Positions 36,501 to 48,500 of a stretch of DNA of 64,000 nt are shown here, piece after piece; within the stretch, counting starts at the first letter, position 1, and the number at the start of each line of letters is the position of its first letter. The notes below the pieces were generated by a model. It had not been told where the DNA came from. It was given only the letters and a program-made list of their open reading frames with translations, and searched no databases. A program made the translations under genes and the position numbers. This DNA is from an uncultured Clostridia bacterium. GTDB lineage: Bacteria; Bacillota; Clostridia; Christensenellales; CAG-917. The DNA lies in contig CASECZ010000004.1 in NCBI GenBank assembly GCA_949286725.1, forward strand, positions 23,159 through 87,158. Direction: 5' to 3'.

Positions 36501-39500
36501 TCGGGCAGATCTGCGTTATCGGCCACGGGAGGATCGGTCGCCTCAATCAGTATGCGTACGTTGAGAGGCTGACGTACCGTCACCGCTCCTACCGTCTCGT
36601 CGGCATTGACGAAGCCGACAGCATCCATCATGCCGTAAACAACGTTGCCCGTCTTGCTGTCAAGCGAACGGTACACGTAGTACTCGCCCACGTACAGCGT
36701 CAGGGTCACGTCGAGACCACGCCAGTATTCGACATCACCGTCCGCATTGGTAATCGCCTTGATTGCCGCGTCGAGCGCAGTCCTGTCCACACTTTCCCAG
36801 TCGATGTACAGACCGTTGAAGGACTTGTTGCTGGTGTATCTGCCGCTTACCGTAGTGTAAGTGGTGCTCAGGTACTCGAACAGCGACTTGCCGCCAATCA
36901 ACGCATCTATCGTGTTGCCCTTGTAGCTCTCGAAGTTCTTGACGGTAACGGTGTTGTCGTTATTTGCGAATCTCGTCACGGAACTAATCGCGGCACGTTT
37001 GATGGTGACGGGATAAGTCGCGCTTGCGGTTGCCGCATAACCCCATTGATACGAGAAGCCGATGTTGAGCGTGGTCTGTCCCGCATTGCCCTCTTCGTCG
37101 AACGCACCGTCGAAGCCGTACTTATAAGTCGAGGTATCCCAGGTTATCACACCGACGGGGAAGTTCCTTCCCGTGGGCAATTTGTTGGGATCGATGACGA
37201 GATAGGTCAATCCGTTCGTTTCGTCTTTGATTGTCTCGCCTTCTATCACGGCTGCGGTAAACGCGGGATACAGTTTGTATTTGCCGCCGTCCGCATTGGG
37301 TATCAACGCTCCTTCCGCATCTTTTGCTGTAAGCTCTTCAATACTGCCGTCGGTCTTCTTCAACACCGCAACCAGTCCGTTGCCCTCTTCGTCGGTCAAC
37401 TGCGTCGCAAAGGTGCGCGTGCCGCCCGTCAGGAACTTGATTCTGACAATGTCGGGCAACGCCTGCATCTTGCCTGCAGTCGTCATATCGAGTTCGAGTT
37501 TGGACTGCGTATAGGTGCCGTCATCGTCGGGATCCGCATACGCATAGATGTTGCTGAACGCATAGTCATTCGTGATATACACGGGGATTGCCGCTACGAC
37601 ATTATTGAGTGCGTAACCGTAGACATAGCCCGCAAGTCTTCTGCCGTCAGTTGCGTCAACACCGGCAGCCGTCAGGTCGACAGATGCAGCATCCCATACA
37701 ACTGTGGTGCCGTTTGCACTGGTCTGACTGTTCGGGAAAGTCACGTTTGCGGTGAGAGGCAACACTTCGGCAAGGCTTGTACCGTTAAGCGTGATTTCCT
37801 GCGTGGAGCCGTTGTCGAAAGTGATCTGACCTTTGCGTGTTGCGGGATCGCTGATTACAATTTCTGTCTTATCACCAACTATTCCGTTGTTATTGACAAG
37901 CGTCGCGGTATCCGCTTCAACAAATCCCAACAGACCTTTATTATTGCCGTCGGTATTACCAAGCAATGACAGAGGATTGATAGTGAGAATCATACTATCG
38001 CGGAAGCTGTCAAGTCCGTTTTTGCTGCTTGTACCGTTCGTTACGTTCTTGCCGCCCGCCGCCGTCTTTGAAACGTTGACCATCAGTTCGAGCGCCTGAA
38101 TGCCGGGCGTCACCGTAGTGGACACTCCGTAATCGGAAGCATTGGGCGAGAGGTCGATATAAATGTTCAGCGAAGGATTAGGCACGCTCGGATCATACGA
38201 TGCAAATGCCAGAGGCAACAGAGAACCTATGATGATGCCGAGGTTGCCCACGCTGTCGCCTGCTGCGCCGGTTGCAGCGCCAACCAACGAGTCATCAACG
38301 CCGAGCAATCCGCCGTACAGTACGTATTGCAGGAGTGCGACGGGTATATCCGTTACATAAGGTTTGAGGAAGTTGACCTTCTCTTGTGTCGTAGAATATG
38401 ACGCAAGTCTTGTCATAAGGCTCTCGCCGTTGGCGTTCTTCTTGACAATATTATTACTAAATTCAAGCACGCCTCCGCTGACGTCGTGGATAGGAGTCCC
38501 CCAAATGGAGGCAGGCCACGGACCCGTGAAATAATAGTACGACGTTGCGTACGAACCCATTGAATCAGGATTGGGGAAGAAGAACGCACTCGAACTTCTG
38601 CTGTCCGTGAAGGAAGCAATCAGGTTCAGCACTATCGTGTACACCATTATCAGCAATTCGTTGAAAGCGTCTTTGCCGAATTCGATCTTTATGGAGATGA
38701 ACTTGCTGTCCTCATCCTTGTCAGAGAATTCGCTGACGGTCTTCATTCCGCTGAGATAAGGCTGATAGCCGTTGCTGTTGAAGAGGTTGAGCGTGATCTT
38801 CTGGATGAGTCCGTCGAGTTTAGGTTCATAACTCATATCCAGCGCGGAAGTCGCGTCCGTCGTCACATCATCACTTGCGGACACCGCACCGGGGAAGTCG
38901 GGCGTAGTGCTTGCGGAAGAATAATTCCATTCGGCACTATCGGCATCGCTGTAAGCGAAACTAAAGAGCTGACTTCCTCCACCTACCATACTTGCAAGGT
39001 TGATAGGATCACCGAGTATGGTGCCGACCAAACTATTGACCGTGCCGTTAGCAACGTCGAGATCCTGGATCAGGATGTTGTTGTTTCCAAAATGAACTTT
39101 TGCCGTAAACGCACCGCTGCCCGGTCCGCGATCGGGATGGGTTATCGAAAGGTCAAGTACAAGATGATAATCAGGCACACCGTTGCCTATCGAACTCGTC
39201 TTGCGTACACCGGTCAAAGTCACGGCACTTGCTCCGTTATTGCCGTATTTTGCAATTTGGTTGTACACATACGTGTTCTCTGCCGTCATCGACACAAAGT
39301 CGGTATTCTTTTCGAGCGTCAAAGCAAGCGCAGGACTGAGCCCGTCGAGAACGTTCTGGATGAGCGTCATAAGGCCCGCCGTCTTGGAGTATGTGAGACC
39401 GGCGTATCCGATGGACACTTCGCCAACTATGCCTTCGACGTCGATGCGTTTTTCAAGAGCAAGCCCGATGTCGCTTATGCTCAGTTGCAGACCCGTGGAC

Positions 39501-42500
39501 GCCTTATCCACAACAGCTTCGAGCGAAATCTGCGAAATGCCGTTGTCGTCGAGCGCGAGGTTGAGCGCGAGTTTCTGAATGGGAGGCAGATATCCTGCGA
39601 TATCGTCGCCGAGCATACCGAACACCACTCCGAGCAGATTGCTGTCGAGTTCGAGACCGATGGAGCCTTCCGCAATGTTTATCGCAAGCGATACGCCTTC
39701 GATGACGTCGCCCGTTTCGGCTTTGTCGCCGTCGGGAGTTTCGTCAGCGGAAGTTGCGGCGGAATCGTCGCTGTTGTCCGCTGCGGAATTGTCAAACGCG
39801 GAGCCGATGTTTGCACCGAGCAGACCGGTTATACCCTGGAACTTGATCTTGCCGAGGCCGAGACCGCTTGCGTCGATGTAGATCGCATCGGAGAATATGG
39901 TGCCGTTGGTGCCGAGCGTGTAGATGTTGCCCGTCTTGGTCAGTCTGGACGAACCGAGGTAGTACAGCGTCAGGAACTGGCTGTTGAAGGGCTCTCCGAG
40001 ACGGATATCGACTTTGAGGTCGCTGAACAGGATACCGCCGATACCGTAGTTGATGATTGCACCGAGGTCGATATCCGCGGTGATGTCGATAAGCAGGTTG
40101 ACGTCGTTTTCTGCAAACACGACGTCCACACCGGGCGTGAATTTGTAATACTGCACGCCGTCCGTGATCGACGCAGCGTCGGTAACCGCTTCGTAAGTTT
40201 CGGATCCGTCTGCCGCGGAAGTCTTGAAGTAAACCGTGCCGCCGCCGTTCACCCAGTTCAGAGCATCGTCCTTGGAGACGGGTGAATAGTAGCTCTGCAG
40301 GCTTTCGGAGAACAGGCTGACGTTTTCGCCGAGCACGCCGAGCAACAGATCGGTTATGAGCTTGATGCCCCAACCCGCAAGCGAATCGTCATACAGCACG
40401 TTGCCCGCTTCGAGGCCTTTTGACGTCATACTGAGTTGCAGGAATGCATCCGCGCTGATGTAGATGTCGTTTGCGATCTTGCCGGTAGTGATATTGTAGA
40501 ATTCCTTGTAATCCGCAAACGTATCGCTATCGTCGAATATGGGCTTGGTTCCGAGCACGATTTCGTTGATATCTATGGAACCCGTGAAGTCCTCCGCGAA
40601 TTTCGCGTTGAGGCTGAGACGCGCACCGTCGCGGCTGCTGCCGTATGCTGCGAGCATTATGTCGCCGAGGTCGGGCAGGACGACGTCCGTCGCCAGTTCG
40701 GGATCCGCTTCGCTGATCTTTGCGATGAGCGAGTTGATAACCATCGTGGTGAGCTGCATCGAGAAGTAACCGGGGTTGATGAGAACGCCGAGATACGCGA
40801 ACTCGTGCAGAGTCATGGCGATGGCATCGGTTATGGTAGCGGTGGAAGCGTCGTCGGAAGAGGTGCTGCCCGCGCCGATGACGTCATACACGCCGCTGAG
40901 TTTTTCTTCAAGCAATGCAACCAGTCCGAGGTCGGTTATGGCAACTTTGACGCCCTCGCCGAGCATACCGCTGAGGTCCACGTAAACGGAATCGTTCACA
41001 AGCGACACTTCGAGCATATTGGTATCGGACAGAACGCCTTTGGTCGAATAACGCTTGACGGACAGTTTTACCTGCATATTGCCGAGGTCCGCAACGTCGA
41101 TGAATGCGTCGATTGCCACGTTGCAGTACGGATACTTGCTGTTGCCGAGTTCGCCGATGATGTTGACGACCAGCTCGCTGCTTGCGATATCCGCGCCGGT
41201 CTCTTTCATGATGAGTCCGAGGATGATGTCAAGCAGTTCGCTGAGGTCGATTGCCTCACCGGGTTCGCCGTAGAAGGACACGTCGAGGTTGGTGCTGAGA
41301 CGCAGTTTTGCTTCCGCCACGTTGACGGCGGGTTTTTCTTCCGTCACGAATTCCTGGAAATCGGGAGCGGAGAACTCGTCGTTGATACGTATGCCGAGCT
41401 CGCCTATCGTCAGCGCCAGATTGACGTCGCCGAGGCAGAGATATTGTCCCTCGATCTTCGTGGGATCGAGGTCGTAACGCTTGCCGGAGTAAGTCCAATC
41501 CTTATCGGTTCTGTGCATCAGCAGTTCGATCTGCGACACAAGCATCTTGGTTCCCGTCGCATAAGTGACGGTATCGTTGTGGCCCTGATAATCCGTAAGT
41601 TCCTTGGGCACATCGCCGTACAAACCGGAAGTATTATTCTCCGTCCAGGCATTTGCATAAGGATTGGCAACGTCGTTGAAATCGAGATTGCCGTCCTGAT
41701 CTATAACGAGATCATAACGTTTGCCCAGCCAGATGACGTCGCTTGCCGCATAAGGAACGAGCGCATATTTGGAGGTAGACAACACGATATCGTTGCCGCC
41801 TGCGATATATTTGCCGTCCACGCCCTTGGTAACCGTGGGCAGCTCTGCAAGATATGCGTCAAGGTCGGTTATACCGTAAAGTTTCTCGGCTATGTATCTG
41901 TCGTTTTCGTTGTTGGCGGAAATCTCGTCTTTGGAGATTACGGTTTCCATACCGCTCATAAAGCCGACCTGAACCTGAATGGAAGGCGTGCCGCCGAACA
42001 GGATGTTGATACCGCTGGTATCCGAGCCGTCGGTGACTTTGATGAGAGGCAGATAGCCGTAACTCTCTTCGTTGAAATCGGGCACGAAATTCTTGATGAG
42101 ATTTTCGAGCAGATTTTGCGCGAGGCCGACACTCAACATATCGTTGGCGAACAGCACCTGACCGAGGATCATATCGAACACGCCCCAGACGTCTTCGGGC
42201 AACAAACCGGTGTTCGCATTGCCCACGTCGATTCCGAGATCGTTCTCGCCGAGAGACGGTGCACCGACAACCGGTTCATCTGCCGCCGCTGCGTCGGAAG
42301 CCTGTTCCTCAGTGGCACTTTCCTCTTTCGCCAAAGACTCGATGAGCGTCATAATGGGCAGACCTTCAAGGTAGATGTTCTGACCGAGGAAGTCTCCGAG
42401 CGTTGCGTTGCCCGTTTCGATAAGTTCGCCGAGTTTGTTACCGGAAATGTACACGTTGGCATTGAGTTCGGGGGTGATTTCCAGCCAGATGCGCAGAGGC

Positions 42501-45500
42501 TCTTCCGCAAGGTTCGGATCACCCTCTTCTATTCTGTCACCGTGATAGTTGGTGTCATAGTAGAATTCAATGTATGCCTTTGTTCCCGCAAGCAACGGAA
42601 GTATGGCGTCGACGGACAGTTCCGCACCGCTGGTGAGAGTGGGCAGCGCACCGATAAGTTCCTCCGCATTGAGCTGGAGATAAACCTTGAGAGTGCCGCC
42701 GATATAGCTCATGAATTCCGCCTGATTTCTCGCAAGCGAGGCAAGCAGGAACTTGAAGTAGTTGTTGGTCACGCCGTCTTTGAGCGTCATGAGTTTGCTC
42801 AGCTGTTCCGTCCAGTTGATTATATCGCTGAATTTGAGACTGATATCGAGGCTGAACGAGAGTTCCAGCGTGCGAATGTCGCCGAGCATCGAGAAGATAT
42901 CGAGGCTTCCGCCGCCGAGCAAATCACCGAGGTTGAGACTGAGCAGCTCGACGTAATCGCTGAACAGGGTGTAATCCATATACACGCCGTTGCCGTCCAA
43001 CACGTAACCGCCCTTTGCGGTGTCGTCTCTGACGTACAGTTTACCGTACTGACCGTCGATTGCCGTAACGACGGTGCCTTCGCCTCTGGTGTACGCAAGA
43101 GGCACACCGTTATAGGAAGCGGCATCGAAGACCGCCATTTCGGTCCTTTCCGTCGTGTAATAGTAGCGGTAGTAGTAGACGGTGGTGCCGTCGGTCACCG
43201 TATCGCCGACCTGAATCTGTCTGTAACCGTCGGGTATGAGTGCGTAACGCTCGGAGAGCGCATAATCGCTGGTCTGATTGATGAGTTTCTTGCCCACTTC
43301 GGTATTCTTGACGTAAGAGCCTTTGCCTTCGCCGACGTTGACGTAACCCTTCTCGGTGCCGTCCTTGGCGTATGAGCCGTTGCCCTCGCCGACATAGGTG
43401 TACATACCGTAGTAGTAAATGTAATCCTTGGACTCGGATTTGATTCTGTCTTCGTTGAGAGCCGCGAAGTCTTCTTCGCTGCCGAAGTCGATCTGCATAC
43501 CCTGAGACGGATTCTCGTTGTTGAAGAGATTGAGCGTAAGAGCGATGTCGAGCAGACCTTTTTCGCCCGTCTCGTCGAAGAGCGTCGCACCTATCGTGAT
43601 ATCATACGGATCGAGGTCGATCTGCGCATTGATGACGATGTTGGGCAGATATTCCTCGAACGCCGCGCCCGTGTTGGGAGCGACCATATTGACGATGAGT
43701 TTGATGAAGCCCGCGCTGGCTTTGAGCGCAAGCGAACGGGTGTAGAAGTTGAGCAGACCGTACGCACCGCTGGGATCGCCGACGTTGACGCCGCCGCTGC
43801 GCGCGTCGGACGCAGTCGTCGCTTCGTCGGATTCGGAGGACGTGAGCCCGCCGAGGATTTCACCCAGATCGAGTTTGTCTGCAAGCAGATCTTCAATGCT
43901 GTATGCGGACAGGTCGATCTTGAACTTGGCACCGCTGCCAAGCAGCCAGGTGAGATCGGCGTAAAGCGCCGCGCCGGAATCGGGATCGTTCTCGTAATAC
44001 AGACCGATGATATGAGTAAGCGTACCGTCCGTCTGTTCTCTGCGCCACGCGTCGATTGCAAGACCCACGTTCTTGAAATACAAGGACTTGATGGTATCGT
44101 CGCTGGAATAATCGAGCGTTGCGTTGAGCCTGATTTCGAACAGTATTTCCGCCGAGTAGTTGTTGGCGACGTTGAAGTTTGCGTTGAGTTCGCCAAGAAT
44201 ACCGCCGAGAACCTGATCCATTTCGGCAGACGACGCGGTGTAACGGTAGTACGTGCCGTTTGCGTCGAGCACGTAATGACCGTCGACGAACGCATACTTA
44301 TCGGCGGGAAGCGTAGAGGAACCCGTCTTTTCCATCCATTCGTCCGCAGTGAGATACAGCGCGTACTGACCGAGTTTGAGGCTGCCGCGGAGCGTCAGGC
44401 TGATGCTGTACAGTTCCTCGGTGTCGACGTACTTGATCTTGTTGCTGGGATATACTTTTTCGTCGGTAAGTTCGCCGTATTCTTTGACGCTGACGAAGTT
44501 GTTGCCGACACGCACGAAGTACACTTCGGCTTTGTCGAACGCCTCTGCGGACACCGCGGTGTTGGCACCGTAACGGTCTTCGTAGACGGCTTTCGTCACG
44601 ATTTCGAGCGTCGCGGGATCGAGATACAGGGTGCTGTCGACCGCGTTGTAAGCTTCCGCGTCGATTGCGCCTTTGTAGTTGACGAAATAGTCGGGTTTGG
44701 AGATGAGGCTTTCGGCTTCCTTCACGTCATAGTTGCCATTGCCCTCGCCGACGTTGATGTAACTTTCGTGAGAAAGTTTGTCGCCACGGTACACACGGTC
44801 CTCGGTGATGGGCACGTACACCGTGTAGTTCTTGTCGACGACGTTGACGAGCAGATAGTAAGTTCCATCGTACGCCCCGACGGCATCCACTTTGTTGTAG
44901 GTACCGTTGTAAGTGTACGCATTACTGTTGACGATGGGATAGAACTCCCCTCTGTAATAGAGGTACGCGTTATCATTCGCATCCGCCGTTGCGTCGGGCG
45001 TGAACTGATACATCGGATTCGCGACGTAACTGCCTTCGCCGTCGGCGACGGAGATGTATTCGTAATGTGTCGCATCGGTGGTGGGAAGCTGAATTGCAAG
45101 ACCGATCTTGTATTCCCACAGATACAGACCAATTTCGATGACGGGTTTTCTGGTATCGGTGGCGTAAATGACGTATACGTCGGTGCCGAGTTCGCTGTAA
45201 GTGTCACCCTCCGCGTCTTTGACGTAGAAGACGTAAGTGTCGTTCAGTGCCGCGATAGCGTTGCCGGAGTGTCTTTCCGCTCTGATCCAATCCGTTCTGT
45301 TGGCGTCTGCGGACGAAACGTATGCGTCGTCAACCTTAATATAAGTGTCCAAAGTAACTATGTTGTAGCGCGTAACGTCGCCCGCGTCCTCCGTCCACAG
45401 CGTAAACTCGCCGGCGCTGGGCTGATAATACAGACCGTCCGCCGCTTCCTCGATGGTAAATCTGGTGTTCGCGTAATCAATCTGATTGTGCTCCGCATTC

Positions 45501-48500
45501 GCCACCGTGACGAAACGGTAGTTGTTGAAGTCGGTGTTGATCGTGACGTAAGACTGGTTGTTCTGTTCACCGAGGTCGATTTGCGCACCGGTGAGCAGGA
45601 AAAGCAGGTTGTTTATGATGTCCGCCTGGGTCAGCAAACGGATATAGCTGGACGTTATCTGAATGCCGTACAAGAACGCACCGATATACGCCGCGATTTC
45701 GGAGCTGATGAGAGGCAGGTCGAGGTCGACGTCCACCTGGATGGGCAGGGACAGACCGCCGTCATCTTCGTCGGCTGCCACGGCTTCGCTCACCGCGCCT
45801 TCCGCCGAGGAATCGCCCATGAGGTCGTCGATGAAGGTCTTCAATTCGTCGATCTTGATCTGGATGCCGGGCTGACCGAAGTAGCTCAGGTCGATGAACA
45901 GACCGTTGTTGGAGCCCTTGATGCCGTTCTCGTTGGGCAGGAACTCGCTGTCGTCCTCGCCGCTTATGAGATACACGCCGAGTATCTTGTGTGCTCCGCC
46001 GCCTTCGAAGTCGGGATCGTAAGTGATGATTTCGATGGATGCGTTGATGTAGTCGAGCAACATTTCGAGACCGAGGTCGGCTGCGACGTTCTCGTTGTCG
46101 ATGATTGCGCTGAGCAATTGAATGAAGCCGATGAGGTCGAGGTCGCCTTCGGGAATTTCGAAGTCGGGTATGTTGCTGCCGAGCTGACGCATCAACTGGA
46201 TGAATCCGCCCAGTCTGAATTCAATCGAAACGGAAAGGTCGATCTTGCGTTCGACGTCGCCGTCGTTGTTGGACATGGAGTTGATTGCCGCCTTGATCTC
46301 CTGGGTCGCATCGGGGAACAGATAGTTGAGCAAAGGAGTGAGGTCGACTTCCGCGTCATGGTCGAACAACAGGTCGAGCGAAATGGTTTCGTTGAGTTTG
46401 ATGTTGTCGATATCGTTGAAGTACTTGTATTCGTTGAGTTCTTCGACGGTCAGCGTGTATTCGCGCTGAGAGGTGAAGTACACGTCGAGGTTGTTGACCG
46501 CAAGCATGAGGTCGAGTTTCATGTCGTGAGCCTGCGGGTTGGCTTGCGTGCCGGCCTGCCACGCGTAGATGACCTCGTCGGTAATCGAAACGGTATTATC
46601 GTCTTTGGTATAAACGTAACTGTTGTCTTCCGAGTTCTTGGTCACTTCGTATCTTGCATATCTGGCAAGATTTTCCGCAATGTCGGAAGTGCCCATTGCA
46701 CGGTAACCGTCATCCGTGGGAGTGTACATACCCGCGGCATCCGCGAAGAACACGTAATACTTGCCGCCCTCGACGATCTGGTCGGAAGTGACGGGCAGGT
46801 AACGCTCGCCTTCGAGTTCGAGGTGTGCGCCGATTTCCACGCTCACGCCGTCGTTGAGGTCGATTGCGACGTCGAGACTGCCGAGCAGGTCGTCGTAAAT
46901 GAAGTCACCGAGTTCGTAATCGCCGAGTTTGACGAGCGAGAGCGCGTAACGCAACACTGCATTGCCGATGGAAATGGCAAGTCTTCTGTTGCTGATAAGC
47001 AACTGCGCGACTTTTTCTTCCGTGGTCAGGTTGTCCGCCGTACTCACGGTTTCGTCCGCAGACACCGCTTCGCTTGCGGAAGCGGAAGGAATTTCGACGT
47101 CGTCGTAGATGGAACCGTCGAGCAGGTCGCCGAGGAGGTCGTCGAGATATTCGGATATCATCGTGAGTTTGACCGCAAGCTTGGGCAGACCGAAGAAGGA
47201 CAGGTCGAGGTAGAGCATGTCACGCATATAGTACGCGGCAAGCCACTGCACTTCCGCCCCGACTTCGGAGGACAGGTTGAACACTCTCAACACGATTTCC
47301 GAATTGGTGATTTCGTTCATGTCGAGCATTACGGAAGCGTCGATACGGAAATGCGCCGAAGAACTGCCCTTCGCGGTAGCGGGCATTTCAACGACGATGT
47401 CGCCGATGTCGCCGAGCAGGAAGGATAGCATTTCGCCGAAGTTGATCTTGCCTTCCGTGATGCCGAGATTGAATTCGACGGACGCGCCGACCGTCACGAC
47501 GGAGTCGTAGAACGGCAACAGAGGCACTTTCACGTCGGGATCGTGTTTGTCAACGCCTTTCAGGATATATTCAGGCAGCAACTGGTTGTTGCCGAACGCG
47601 AGGTCGAGACCGCCGAGTTTGAGCCCGATGTCGATTGCGTCGATGTTGATGTTTACGCCGAGATAGTATTCTCTAAGTCTGGTATAAGGATCGAATTCAC
47701 GGAACAACGTACCGTTGTCGTCCTGAACATAGCCGTACAGTCTGACGTACCTGTCGTTTTCGATCTCATAATATCTGTCGTTATATCTAATGTAATAAGT
47801 TTTACCTTCTTCAATGGAAGTGGCGATGTTGTAGGACTGACCGTCCTTGACATAGAACAGATAATCGTCCGCGGTCAGATACAGATCGCTTCCGTCCACT
47901 TTTTCGACGAGTTTGATGTAGTCGCCCTGCACACCGTACTTGGAGGCAAGAGCAAACTCCTCGTTTTCGTAGGAGGTGTAACGGTGTCCTTTCGGATAGG
48001 TCGTTTCATCGCCGAGTGAATCGGATATGTCTTTGTAGTTGTACTTGCCGAGGTCGACGTCGAGGCTGAGCTGCAATGTGTCGAAAATATCCGAAATGCC
48101 GCCGAGATCTGGCACCAGCGTCGCAAGCACGAGGCTGACAATCGCTTTGGTGATGACGATTTGGAACGTCGTGCTGGAATACACCAGCGAGATCATGGCA
48201 TTTCTTGCGGCATCCGCGTCGCCGTCGGCAACGGACACTGCGGAATCGGACGCCGACGCGGCTCCGCCGGTCGCATCCTGACCGAGTTGCGCCGCTTCGA
48301 GCACGAATTGCAGGAAGTTGGGCACGTAAGAATAGTTGCCGACTATATCAAAGATATCGGTGCCGTCGAGATACAGGTCGCCGCGATACAGATAGATACC
48401 GCCGAGGATCTTTTCTTCGCCGTTTTCGTCATACACCACGTTACCCTGTGCGTCGAGTTCCATGAGTTCGAGCGCGAGTTCGATTGCCATAAGGTCGCTG

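Noticed and set aside
38190-38660. Internal hydrophobic stretches of the giant protein (FNELLIMVYTIVLNLIASF; SVGNLGIIIGSLLPLAFASY) considered as transmembrane helices.
   Set aside because: They resemble the amphipathic module-opening segments seen after every acidic linker, and they contain polar residues or Pro. Without a predictor I cannot support a TM call. They are kept only as a note within the finding on the unique segment.
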